A DNA stretch of 64,000 nucleotides from contig JBITNC010000001.1 in NCBI GenBank assembly GCA_050084985.1, positions 112,592,001 to 112,656,000 of the forward strand, read 5' to 3'. Shown piece after piece: positions 24,906-38,149 of the stretch (the stretch's first letter is position 1; the number at the start of each line of letters is the position of its first letter). Both the position numbers and the translations under genes were made by a program. Below the pieces are notes generated by a model. That model was not told the DNA's origin. It was given only the letters and a program-made list of their open reading frames with translations, and did not search any database. The stretch is from Nageia nagi (Eukaryota > Plantae > Pinophyta).

Positions 24906-26029
24906 ATCATTTAGTGACTTGGTATGTGGCGGGAGAGAAAGCAATAGAGCGGCCGCCCGAACAAACTTCAATTATAAGGAAATTTAAAATGGCTCTTTTT
25001 GGTATAGATATGTTTTTTTTAATCAAAATTTAAATTGTTTTTAAGTAGTAGATATTGGATCTAAAGTAGTTTCTTATTTAAATAGAAATGGTATTCTTTA
25101 TACATATGAAAAATATTTATAATATTATGTTGATTATCATTTTGCAGGTAGGTAAAGATGAAGTATTAGCTAGTGATATATATATAATTTTAGAATTTTT
25201 TTTTACATAATTTTTTTTTTTTTGTTTTTATTATATTATCAGCCAAATATCATGTTAACATGAGATAAAATGTTGATAATCATTTCGTAATACCTGAAAA
25301 TCTATCATTTAAGATAAAGTTATTTTTATATAATTTAATTTTTTTATGTACTCAATTAATATTTGTAAATAAAAATATTATTTTTAGAGGGATGGTAAAC
25401 ACCTTTATAAAACCCTATGGTCATAAATCATCTTTAGGGTTTGTGTTTTGAACCCTTGGTTGTTATTTTTGATTTTATTTTTGTTGGATTGTTGTAATAA
25501 ATAATATAGATTAAATTTAAAATATTTATATTTACAATAAATCTTAGTTAGTAATTGGATTGAAAAAATAAAAAATATTATGTAAATAAAAAAATTAATT
25601 TACTTCTTTCTAATGAATACATATAAAGTTAATATTTGAACGATTTGTTTGTATATGTAAAAATTGTTTTTTTATAACAAAGTTTGAATCATAAGTTAAA
25701 TGTTTTAACCTTTTCTTAATTTATATATGAAAATTAAATTTTAAATATATATAATTGATATTTTGCAACAAAGTTTAAATATTCTTATAATGAATACATT
25801 GAATTAAAAGTTATTGTGATGATTGGATATATTTTTTAATAGAAATTATAATTACATAAATTGCATACTATATTGACATAAAATTAATTAATTGTTAATA
25901 ATATAATTTAAGTCAATATCTAATTTTTGTTTTATAAAATTTTAATGAATATAATTTATATTTTTATAATTATTACAATTTTAAAATAAATAAACATAAA
26001 GAAGTATATAATGAATTAAATTAATTATA

Positions 26030-29000
26030 AAGTTATCAATAGTACATTCTAATTCTATAATTAGATTTATAAAATAATTATAACGTTTACAATATATTTG
26101 TGCTTTGTATATTTGTATGCTGAATAGGTTGTATTTGTAAGATGAATATGTTGTGTAGTTTAGTATTATGCTAATTATAAAATTTGTATTGTATAGGTAT
26201 TTCTAAATTTTTTAAATTTGTAAAATAAAATTATAACTAATTTAGTAGATTTTATTGCAATATGTTTCGCATTTTTATATTTTTACAATTAATTAAGTAT
26301 ATAGTTTATATTGAATTGTGAGAATTTTATGAGTTTAAATTTTTCTTTTTATCAATAATATACTATTATGTCCATTGATTAATATCCTAAAATATATGTA
26401 GGTAATACTGTAAAATATTAATTAAGGCTTACTTTTTGTATTGTAATACATTAAATAATTTATTACTAGTAAAATTGAACATTAATTTTTAAATATTTAA
26501 TATATAAATTGATAAATAGTTGATATTTTGTGTGGAGAGAGGTTGCGAGAGTTGTAAGGTGGGGAAGGGAGCAAGAGAGAGAGAGGAGGTGAAAGAGTGG
26601 GAGGGGGTGTGAGTGGTAGGGGTGCAAGTGCAAATGAGAGGGGGATGGGGAGTGGGAGGAGGGATGTGAGAGAGTGGAAGAGAAAGAGTTAAATGAGATA
26701 AGAGTGTGGGAGAGGGAGTGGAAGGGGGAGAGTGGGAGGGGGGTGTGAATGTGAGAGGGGGAGTGCAAGGAGTGGAAAAGGGGATGTTAGAATGTGGGAG
26801 AGGGAGAGTGAATGGGGAAGGAGGGGTTGGGATTGGGAAAGGTGGCAAGAGATGGAAGAAAGGGAGGGGATAGGTTTTGTTGGGAGGGAGAGGGTGTGGG
26901 AGGAGAGAGGTAGAATAAGAGGGAGGGGAGGGCAAGGGAGATGGAGACAGAGGAATGGGTTGAGAAAATATAAGGGGTGTGGGAGAGGGACTGGGAGAGT
27001 AAGGTGTATGTAGAGATGGAGTGGAAGAGAGGGCCGTAGTGGGAGGTGAAGAGATGGAGGGAGGGTGGTGAAGGGGAGATGGAGGTAATGGGGAGAGAGG
27101 GTGGTGGGGATAGTTGAACGATGAGGTAGGGGAGTGAGAGAGAGAGAGGGGAGGAAGAGGGACGGTGCGAGCGAGTGGAAGAGGGGGTTTGAGGAGGAAA
27201 GGAAGAGGTAAAGTGCGAGAAGGGAGGAGGGGATGTGAGGGGGTGTTAATGAGAGATGAAGAGATGGAGGGAGGGGGCAAAGGATAAATGGAGGTAGTGG
27301 GAATGGAGAGAGGGAGCAGGTGGGTAGAGTGGGAGAGAGAGGTGGTGGGGAGTGTTGCATGATGAGGTAAGGGGAGTGAGGGGGAGAGGGAGAGATGGGA
27401 AGGGAGATAGGAGAGTGGGATGGAAGGGAGAGATGTATAGTGTGATAGGGGTGCGAGAAGGTAAGGAGAGATGGAGTGAATTAAGGGTTGGGAATGGAAG
27501 GTGTAGAGATGTGAGAGGGGAGGTTGAAGGGAAATGAAGGGATGAATAAGTAGAGATGGAGAGTGGAAGAGTTGAAAGGAGAGGGTTAAAGAAATGGAGG
27601 GGGTGGGGAGAGTTGGATGGTGAGGGAGGGGAAGTGGTAGAGTGATAAAAAGCTAGAGTGGGAGGGAGGGTGAAAAGGGATGGAGAGATGGAGGGGGAGT
27701 GTGAGAGGGGGTGAAAGTCGGAATTATAAGGAGGAGAGAGAGGGATGGAGGGGTGCGCGAGAGGGGGGGGAAGGGGTGTGAAGGGAGGGAGAGTTGGAAG
27801 GATCGAGATGGGGAGTGCGATCGGGAAGGAGGAAGGAGGGGGTAAGGGTTAGGGGAGCAGATGTGAGAGATGGAGGGGAGAGTGAAGGGGGTAAGAGGAG
27901 AGTTGGAGGGTAGGGTAAAGGGAGGGAGGGAGAGAGAGAGGGGGCAAAGGGAGAGTTGGAGGGTGAGGTAAGGGGAGAGAGAAAAATGGGAGTAAGAGGG
28001 GGTAGAGGGAGAGACGGAGGGGGAGTAAGAGGAGGGGAGAGGGAGATATGTGGAGTCGAAGATTGAGGAGATATAAGGATGTAGATAGGGGAGTCAAAGA
28101 GGGGAAAGAGATAGATATGGGAGTTGGAGAGGTTGTAAAGGGAGAGTTGGAGGGTGGAAAAGTGGGAGAGAGGGGTTAGAGGTAGAGATGAAGGGAGGGG
28201 GTATAAGAGGAGGGAAGAGTGAGTGAGATGGGAAGGGAGAGATGTTGAGTGGGAAATGGGGGAGATATAAGGAGGTAGATATGGGAGTTAAAGAGGGGGG
28301 AGAGTTAGATAGGGGAGTTGGAGAGGGGTTGCAAGAGAGGGAAAGAGGGATGGGGAGAGAGGTAGAGTGAGTTAAGGAGATGGAGTGAGAGAATGGAAGA
28401 GTTGAGGGTGAGAGGAAGAGATGGATGTAAGGAAGAGAGGTAGGGGGTGTAAAGAGTTGGTGGGAGGGGCAACGGGAGTGAGAGGGAGGAGGAAGGCGTG
28501 GGAGTGAGAGGAAGGGGGAAGAGGGTGGGAGAAGGGGGAGGTTGATTGGGAGAGGGAGGTAGAGATAATTTTAAATTGTATATTTATGCTAATAATTGTG
28601 TGTGATAAAGTTTACATTATACATTTATTTTTAAATTTGTAAAATAAAATGATAATTAGTTTAGTAGATCTAGTAGATTTCATTGATGAGGTTGAAATAA
28701 ATGTTGTAGCTCTTAATGTTGCTAGAATACTAGTAAGAAATTCTTATTTTTTGATAAGGATGTTTATTTTTAGAGGGAGAAGGGGAGGTGCAGATGGAGA
28801 AAGAGAGGGAGAGGGAGGAGGAGGCGAATATAATTTTAAATTAAATACAAAGTTATAAATTGTACATTTTTTCTATAATTATATTTATAAGATAATGTTA
28901 AATTATATTTTTGTTTTGTATATTTGTATGATGTATAGGTTGTGTAGTTTAGGATTATGTTACTAATTATGTATGATAAAATTTATATTGTATATTTATT

Positions 29001-29170
29001 TTTAATTTTTTTAAATTTTTAAATAAAATGATAACGAGTTTAGTAGATCTAGTAGATTTTGGTATAATTACCTTTTTATACTTTTATAACTAGTTTAATA
29101 TTTATACAAATGGTTGAACTTTTTTTATCAATAATATATTACTTGTCCCTTGATTAATATCTTAAAATTC
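26030..29170. repeat. Diverged AT-rich direct repeats flanking the polypurine tract (~26030-26410 and ~28845-29170; partial copy ~28575-28685)
   Basis: Shared blocks aaagttat...gtacatt...tttgtatatttgtatg...taggttg...tgtagtttag.attatg...aaatt..taaaataaaa...ttagtagattt...tttatcaataatata...ttgattaatatc.taaaa occur in the same order in both copies. Confidence 0.75.
26530..28565 (+). repeat. ~2-kb polypurine (G/A-rich) low-complexity tract
   Basis: Almost only G and A with scattered T and very few C. Many GGG runs. Sharp borders with very AT-rich flanks. Confidence 0.95.
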
Positions 29171-29986
29171 ATATTCTAATGAAATCATGTATTTTTACAA
29201 TGATTAATATTATTAATCATTTATGATAATTGTTTTAAATAGTTAACTTTTTTATCAACATTATACTTGTATTTATTAACATACTAATGTTTTTATTACA
29301 TTGATATTATGTGTTGTTTATGACACTATCATTAATCATCTAGCATTGATATATTATTTATTTTCTTAGAAAATGGTTGATAATGATTTATTCATTTGAT
29401 AAACCTCATTAATTGATGATAATAGTTATCTAAATTTGTTTGATATTATTTGATGATTTATCAACTTGATAATAATGGATTTTATTTATTTTAGATAACT
29501 TTATTTTCATTAATGATAAATTTATACATGTTTGAAGATGCTTTATGATTGAACTTTTCCTATTGATGATTAACTTCAATTATTTGGTGATGAAAGTTTT
29601 ACATATTTGAAGATGAACTTGTTTTATTATGATGATGAACTTTGATTAATCTTTTTATCATAATTAATAATATTAATAAATTTAAGACTTCCTAGTAGTT
29701 ATAAATAGTTGATAATTTGTAAGAAAGTTAAATAAATTTATGGTTACGTAATTGTTTAATTTAGTGTTTTAAATACCAAAATCATAATCATGTAAAATTC
29801 ATATTATGTTGAAATAAAAACTGGTTGATTATTGATAATAATTTAATTTTTATTCTTATGTGAACTTGTTTGTTGAATAATAAATATAATTTATAATTTA
29901 TAATTGATTATTAATTATAATACAAGTTTTGGTTTATTTGTGGAATTGTATTTTACTTGGTAATATTTTAGTATAATATTAATAAA

Positions 29987-29990
<4 letters not shown>

Positions 29991-30028
<38 letters not shown>
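29991..30028. repeat. (AT)19 microsatellite
   Basis: Direct read. Confidence 0.97.
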
Positions 30029-30032
<4 letters not shown>

Positions 30033-30042
30033 TCAATTACAA

Positions 30043-33000
30043 TTTTTTTTTGGATGAAAAAGATTTTATATTACTAAAACTTTTTAATATAAAAAGGGTG
30101 GGTGGGATTAAGCATACCCCGTGGTACACCACAACACAAACTAACTACTTAGTAGTTAGGAGAGAAAAATAACTCTGCCAAACCACATAAAACCAAAGAT
30201 ATTATCTGAATCAACAAAATTTCTTGAAGAATTAAAAGACCCCCAAAACCAAAGGTTAACCATCAACTATGCATATAATAAATCAATCATTAGAGGGGGG
30301 CAAACAAAAATTATCCATAAAGTGCATATGCTCCCAACCATCACCTTATGGAGCTATCATATTCCACCCATTATTATAATTACTACCATTGGTAGTAGCA
30401 CGCATGTCAATATTTGGCCCATTGGAAGAGTGGGATTTTAAACATCTCCCTACCTAATAATAGGACCAAGAAACTCAGGCTGAACATCCCAACCATTATG
30501 AGAGCGGGCGAAAGTAGGATCTCTAGAATTCAACCTCTTAGGATTTAGCAGAGGTTGAGACTAGTGATGAGGAAACTTTGGAAGAGTAACATGAGCCATA
30601 CGTCAAGGTAGAATTAAGGTTCAACTTCACGAGCGATGCTTGTAACCCCAAATTAACTTTTTCCACTTGCATAGTAATCTGCAACCAATATTCATAGTAA
30701 ATAACATATTTTAAATAAGAGTGAAAGTTGTCTAAACTTCTTTATGACCTAATACAATATTGTTTCTAGGTTTCCATAGATTGTAAAGGATACTAATTCT
30801 AAAAATGTGTCAAACTTCACCAAAGGGTTCTAAAAAATAAGAGGATCCCAAGCTTGCCTAAAAATATGTCAAACTTCAACTAATAAGGTATTGGAAAAGG
30901 ATAAAATCCATTCCCATGCTTACTTAATTTTACCATAATACCATAAAATATGAGTGAAATTTTTAGGTTCTTGATAATAAGGGTAGGTACAATTAGCAAC
31001 ACCCAAGTAGGTATGCTATGACCAATAGGGAGACCCTAACAGATGAGACTCTAGGCAAAAAAACTTTGTTTAAATTCTATATACTTGGCCTAGGAAATAA
31101 ATAAATGGAAAGACCACATTGATTGAGAAGACACAAGATTTTATCGAATATTAAGCATTGCAAATATGGGAACATTAGGAGAAAGCAAATGGTAGCCATG
31201 GTGTGGCTTGTATTTAACAAGATTTATTTGCATGGGCTAGAACTAGTTATACCACCATGGTTTTTGAAAATGAGTACCAATTTTACTCTAAATGGAAAAT
31301 GGAGTTCTATCCATAACCTTTTAGGTTGTACGTACATCTAAAATTATCCTAAGTGTGCCAATTCCTAGTTCGATGATCAAAAAATTATTCAATAACCTCA
31401 ATTCCTTTCATGTGAAAATACAAAGCTCAAAACCATTGAACCTTAACCAGTGGCAACCCTTCAAGAGTGAATGTAGGTGACCATTAGATATTAAAAGAAT
31501 CAAGGGAAGGACCTACTGATTTGCTTCGAATATACCAAGAATGCTAAGGCTTAAGGGACTCCTAGGATTTTTCAGATGCTCTTAATCATAAGTGATCCTA
31601 AAATTTTGATATTGATTGGAGTTGTGAGGACAACTTAAAAACTTAGCCCCTTTCAAGTCTTTTTTCCTAATGAAAGACTATGAGAAAAATGTCAAACTAA
31701 AATCTGCCAAGCTTCATTCCCCTCCAAAGCTCTTAAAAGCCACTTAGCACACAAAGTAAACCCCTAAAACTGATAATTAAATAATCCCATACCACCAGCA
31801 GAGCAAGGGAGATAACAAACATCCTAGGCAACTATGTGAAAATCTCTTTATTGAACATCAGAAGCCCAAATAAAGTCCCTTAAAAGCTTATTAAGCTTTT
31901 GGTAACTAGTCTTTGTGTGAACCCAACAAGATTAATAATAAACATGCGTATTAGTAAGAATTTTATAATAAATTTGAAACTTACCAGCTAAAGAGAGCTT
32001 CTTAGTAGCCCAATAACTTAGCTTTTTTTTTTTTTCAACCGTTTGAACCATAAAACTTTAGAGTTAAGGAGGAGAAGCTTGGAAAGCAAAGGGATTGCCC
32101 AAGAATTTAAACATCTTTCCATTTTCAATCCATTTCCAAGGAAAACGAGTAAGCTAATTAGGGACACAATGTAGACTTCTTGTAGTAAGAAATTTTTTAC
32201 CATTGAATACTGGAACCAGTAGCAAGATAGAAAGTATCCAAAAATTTAAGAGCATTCTGAACAAACTTCTCATATTCTTGAAGAGTGAGGAAAGTGTCAT
32301 CAATAAAATGACCATTCAATAGTTGCAAAGGAGAATTAAGAATGGATATTCTTCTGATTAAACAATGGGAGGCCTGATGCATAAGAAGGTAGCTAAAAGC
32401 TTCAACAACTAAAATGAATAAGGAGGGTGCCAAAGGGAAACCTTGATGAACATATACAACTAAAGAAATACTTTGAGATTGAGAAACATTCATGGTTAGC
32501 ATAACAAAAGCATCCTTGAATAATATTTTAACATAAGAAATAAAAAAATGCCAAAGCCAAGAGTTGAAAGCATAATAGTGATGTAGAACCATTCAATTCT
32601 ATCATAAACCTTCTCAAAGTCTATTTTAATGAACATGACATCTTGGTCTAAAGAGCAAGCCTATTGCACACCTTTCTAAATAGCTGTAATATTATTTAGA
32701 ATGTATCAACTTTTAACAAACCCTATTTATTTGATTGAATGATCAAAGGAAGAAAAAGCCTTAACTTGAGAGCTGATGCTTTAATAATGATTTTATAGCT
32801 AACATTTAGCAAGGTGATTAGGTGCTAGTTAGTAATGCACTCTAGATCTCTAGGCTTGAGTATAAACTTAATATTTCCTTTATCTATCATTGGACCTAGG
32901 GAACTAAAGAGCATAACTTCTCTGTACACTTGGAGAAGGTTCAACCTAAGCATGTCCCAAATTTCTTTATAAAATTCATAGGGAAAACCATAAATACCAG

Positions 33001-33210
33001 AAGATTTATCATTGAACATCTAAGATAGAGAAGATTTCAAATCCTTTAAGGAGAGAGGTGTTTCATAGGAATATATTTGAACTTGAAAAACCATGAGAGG
33101 TATGCCATCACAACACTCATTCAAAGCTTGCTAGCAAATAAGAGTAAGAGATTGAGAAATAAAAACCTTTTGATATTGAGCAACAAAAGTTGAAAAATTA
33201 TCAAGAGAAG
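30043..33210 (-). mobile_element. 5'-truncated degenerate L1-type LINE (ORF2 RT and C-terminal region)
   Basis: Minus ORFs contain KSSGIYGFPYEFYKEIW (GPDGF motif), VHQGFPLAPSLF (QGxPLSP) and HFIDDT (YADD-type). A 3' A-tail appears as T9 at 30043-30051. Confidence 0.88.
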
Positions 33211-33680
33211 AAAAGGGAGAGATGGAAAGGGGAAGGAGGAGAGAGAGGGGAAGGGAGGGAGAGAGAGGAGGTAGGGATGGGTGGAGGGAGAGATGGAGGC
33301 AGTGGAAGAGAGGGTGAGATAGGGGGAGGGGAAGAGTGAGAGGGGAAGGGGCAAAGGTGAGGGGTAGGGAGAGATGATGAGTGGAAGAGGGGGTGGGAGT
33401 GGGAGGGAGAGAGTGATAAGGAGAGAGGGAGAGATGGAGGGAGTGTAAGAGATGGGAGGGAGGAAGGGGTTGTGAGAGAATAGGAGGGGGGTGCGAGCAT
33501 GAGGGGGGAGAGTCAGAGGGGGAGAGAGAGATGGAGGGAGGGGGATGATGAGTGTGAGAGAGTGGAAGAGGGGGTGGGAGTAGAAGTGGGAGGGGGAGAG
33601 TGAGAGATGGAGGTATGGGGAGGGGAGGGAGTGCATGGGGAGAGTTAGAGGGAGGGGTAGCGTGAGTGGGAGAGTGAGAT
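33205..33680 (+). repeat. Second polypurine (G/A-rich) tract
   Basis: Same composition and strand as 26530-28565; abuts the LINE's truncated 5' end. Confidence 0.93.
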
Positions 33681-34409
33681 TGGTTATCTTATGATGCTAT
33701 GTTATTGATATTTGAAAGAACTTTCATGTGATTTTGATAGAATATGAATTTGATCATTTAGGTTTATTCTAATCATTTGATATCAAAATCAAGTTTCAAT
33801 GTTTCTCTTCAACATATTCGAGGTCATTCCTACTTCCATATTGTAGGCTTCATTTTTCTTTATCTTTGGAGGTTCATCTTCATTCTTGTGAGGTAAAATC
33901 AATTGAAGGTATAACCTCTCACCCTATTTTTTAATTTCATTTTAATTTTAGACTACTTCATTGTGTTATTAACATTTTTTTATATTTTTATAATATATTA
34001 TTATTATAAGAAACCATACAATAATATGTGTTAGTTATTATTATTATTATTATTAAAATGAGCATTTAAGTAGCAATAATATATTATAAACTTCTAATAT
34101 TTTAGTTATAATTTTTACAAAGTTTTTAGTTATAAAACTATATGTAATTTTTTTACGTTTATAACATAAAATATGATGTAAAATCTTATCAATAAAAATA
34201 TTACAATTTTTTACCTTAATTCAAATAAAAAGAGGCTTTATTAAAAAAATTAAATAAAATATAAGGAGGGAGAAGCTATATTTTTCCTTCAAAGATTTAT
34301 AAAAATAATAAAAACAAAGGGGAAAAGCTTAGATAAAATAGTATTAACAATAAGTGGCACCCTTGGTCACCTCCCTCCCTTGGCTCATGCGGTCATAACT
34401 ACACTCCAT

Positions 34410-34994
34410 TAGCTTCCTCGCTCTCTATCAACCCTCGTGACACCTTAATCGATCACCTTCCTCCTAGTTAGTATCATTGTTAATGTAGTTCTATTGATTT
34501 TTATCATTATATTATTACCCTAACTTCCTCGCTCTCTATCAACCCTCACGATACCTTAATCGATCACCTTCCTCCTAGTTAGTATCATCGTCAATGTAGT
34601 TCTATTAATTTTTATCATTATGTTATTACCCTAGCTTTCTCACTCTCTATCAACCCTCACGATACCTTGATCGATCGCCTTGCTTCTAGTTAGTATCATC
34701 GTCAATGTAGTTCTATTGATTTTTATCATTATGTTATTACCCTGGCTTCTTCGCTCTCTATCAACCCTCATGAGACCTTAATCGATCGCCTTCCTCCTAG
34801 TTAGTATCATCATAAATGTAGTTTTATTGATTTTTATCATTATGTTATTACCCTAGCTTCCTCGCTCTCCATCAACCCTTGTGACACCTTAATCGATTGC
34901 CTTCCTTCTAGTTAGTATCATCGTCAATGTAGTTCTATTGATTTTTATCATTATGTTATTACCTTAGCTTCCTCGCTCTCTATCAACCCTTGTG
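34410..34994. repeat. 111-bp tandem minisatellite, ~5.3 copies
   Basis: Unit agcttcctcgctctctatcaaccctc...ttatgttattaccct starts at 34411, 34522, 34633, 34744, 34855 and 34966. Confidence 0.95.
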
Positions 34995-36159
34995 TAACAT
35001 CTCAACTAATCATTTACCCCTAACTAGTATCGATTGACAACACTCATATTTGACATCAAGTTATCATCACCTTATTATTCCTCCATAGTTGCTTTTTATC
35101 ACTATTTTTGAAATGTTATCACCTTTGTCTCGACCCTCTCTTTCGTCTTCTTCATCGTTAAGGTTAAAGGTTTGATCCTCATAAAGTATCTGCTTACAAG
35201 CTTATAGCATCTATTGGAGAAGGTGATCAAAGCTTCGCTTCTGAAAATAAAAAGTGATCACAACCCCTAGTGTTGTTGCCATTTTTAATTGTAGAGTCGA
35301 CGTTAGTCCCCCCTTAAAACCCATGCTTAATCAATCACCCCTCCTCTCGTGATGGGGTGTTCTCGTGTTCCTCTATAACATGGACATGAGTGTGATCCCC
35401 TCCTTGCAAGAAGCTCACAAATATTTTACTGAATGAAATAACATTAATGCTTGTATATAGCAAAGTTGTGGAGGCACTTATCGACTTGCTTACATGACGA
35501 TGATAGAGCTCGTGGCTAATCTTTACACTTTTGGTAGTTGGAACATGCAATGCACATTGGTTTACTACAAATACACTTTATACTCCTTAACTTATCTTCC
35601 ACTCTTACATAGCCTGCATTACCTTAATGAGGGATGCTCATCATTCACTTATCTACCAAACCATGGTCGGTTGCACTGCCTAAGTTGTGTCAACTTAAAA
35701 CCTACTCATCCCTCTTTGTTTCAGTCTATAATTTTTTTAAAGGGGGGTCTTTCCTTTTAAGAATGATAATTGATATTATTAATTTTTTATTAAATCTATA
35801 TTTTAAGATTAATATTTTTAAAATTTTTTTCCTTCTAAATAAAAAATGAAGGGAGGAAATTTTTTTAAGGTGTATTTTTTTTTTTCAAAAAGGAGGTGTG
35901 TAATTTTTTTAACATTAATGAAGGAGTGAATTTATTAAGGGGATGGTATATATTTATTTTTCCTTAATCTTTAATGAATAATATTTTTAAGTCATTTTTC
36001 ATTCCTTAAAAGGTTTAATAAAGTAATATTTTATGCTTTTAATGGGGGAATAATTTTTTTACTTTGGTAACCATGAGGGAATTTAAAAGGATGTTTTTAG
36101 TAAAAAGAGGGGACACCTTGATTTAATTTTTGTGTTTTTACCTAAAAATAGTAGATTTG

Positions 36160-36164
<5 letters not shown>

Positions 36165-36220
<56 letters not shown>
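36165..36220. repeat. (TC)28 microsatellite
   Basis: Direct read. Confidence 0.97.
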
Positions 36221-36223
<3 letters not shown>

Positions 36224-37079
36224 CTTGTAAAAATGTCCTCTTGGGTTGTGAACAAAATTCATTGGACTTTAAAACTTCAAATGAATGGATGATGTAATTT
36301 TTTTTCATTTTTATGCACTTTTATTTTTTCATGTCTTGCAAATAGTTAACATTGAAAATTACTCTCTAAAATGAATACATTTGCTCTATTTTGCAAAATG
36401 ACTTATTTGAGGATCCACGAGGGAAGGACAAGGCATATTGGAGCCTTTAGTCCATTGATCTAAATTGTACAACATTTATATTTCTTATTTGCTCCTAAGT
36501 CCTTTGTTGGTATGGACATAACTCCTTATAGGTAGACAAATATATGTGTAGTAATACCACATGTCTATATGTCCATTCAAAGATTATCCCAATAACATAG
36601 GAGGATGATTTGAAACCTAATTAAGATAAAATTTGATTGATACAATATATCACACTTTTAAAAAATAGCTAGTACTTCTCCTTGTGAGAGTATATTGTTG
36701 ACCATAGACAAACTAGTTGATGATTGGTAGGATTTGGACTCCATCACGATTTGAATTTCATCACTAAGTGCTAAATGCAGGCATCCATGTAAGACATAAT
36801 TTTAAATAATAAAATAACCTCAACTCTACCCTCACAAGACCATTGTTACTTGGTTATTATAAAATATGGAATGTATAAGACATGATTTGATAAGATTGAA
36901 AATATTTTGCACATGTGAAATTGGTTAACAAGTTAAACATGCCTTGTTGATTAATTTTGGTTAAAATTTAACATATATTATTAATCAATTTGAATAAACT
37001 CAACATGTATGATTGATTAATTTTGGTTTACAAATTTAACATGCTTATATTGGTTAACATTTTTACCTTATTTTATAGG

Positions 37080-38140
37080 AAATGGAAAATTCTTTTTCAT
37101 CCAAACACATCATAGATGATTCAAACTATGATATTTAGGAACCTAAGATGAAAATGAAGATCTAAGGACATGAATTATGGTAAATGGTAAATTAAAATCA
37201 AGTTGCTCCAACAAATGAGAAGGCACTTGAGGCTTACAACACAAAGAATAAGTTGATAACCTATATTTTCAAGTAGTTTTAGATGAATTCCTTCTCATGA
37301 TATCTTCTTTAAACTCAACAAATGAAAGTTGAGATAGGATAAAGAAAATCTATGTTAGTACCAAATACTCCAAAAGGTTCACCATCCTTCAAAAAAATAT
37401 TGCAATCATGTTAAGAGGAAAATGAAAGTGTTGCATATACTTGAACAAGATTATTGATCTTAGGATCTAACTTATGAGGTGTGGTTACAACTAGATCAGT
37501 GATAAGTTTATGATGTTCATTATCCTTCAAAGCCTCTCTACTAATTCATTCACTTCATAATGGTCATTGAGATGAGGCTCAATGATGAAGAATAAATATA
37601 CTCTTTAGAAAATCTTTCAATATTTCTCTTGAAATATGAAAAAACTCTCAACAAAAAATTGCTAATCTCCACTTCTAAGGAGCATTCTATGGTACTAAGA
37701 CCATTAAAGATTCATTTAAAAAGAAATTCAAAACTCAAAAGAAATCTTCCCATGCTCCAGAAAAGGATTTCAAGAAAGGTATAAATAAATATTAGAATGA
37801 TCACAGTAAGTTTAACAAATCCAAATTTGATGGCAATTGTAATTTTTGTAGAATCTATGGTCATAAGAAATCATATTGTTACAAAAAAAAGAACAAGGTG
37901 ACAATGGAATTGAAAAATCAAACAACTTCAAAAGTAAGAAGAAGAAGAATAAACTTTGTTTGTTTATGATCTTTAGTCCATGTCTCACAATTTATCAAAT
38001 GATTGGATTGTTAACTCTAGGTACATAAATCACATGTGTTTTGAAAATGGTAAGTTTAAATTTTTTTATAAGTACAAAAGGATGCAATTGTGATAGATAA
38101 TAATTCAATCCTTGAATTCTAAGTGATTGGGAGTTTGTTG
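37080..38140 (+). mobile_element. Degenerate Ty1/copia gag-protease fragment
   Basis: CCHC knuckle CNFCRIYGHKKSYC (37838-37879) and protease motif WIVNSRYINHMC (38004-38039, cf. WIVDSGASNHM). Cut off at ~38140 by the next element. Confidence 0.8.
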
Positions 38141-38149
38141 CTAGTCAAA

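Noticed and set aside
26466-28097. Long Pro/Ser/Leu-rich ORFs (up to 263 aa) resembling extensins, and Gly/Glu/Arg-rich ORFs on +
   Set aside because: They are a by-product of the polypurine tract: several overlapping frames are open, and there is no signal peptide or SPPPP periodicity.
33121-33636. Pro/Ser-rich ORFs of 171 and 99 aa
   Set aside because: Same low-complexity artefact.
34410-34994. Coding repeat (111 bp = 37 codons)
   Set aside because: Stops occur within the unit and the ORF track shows no ORF here.
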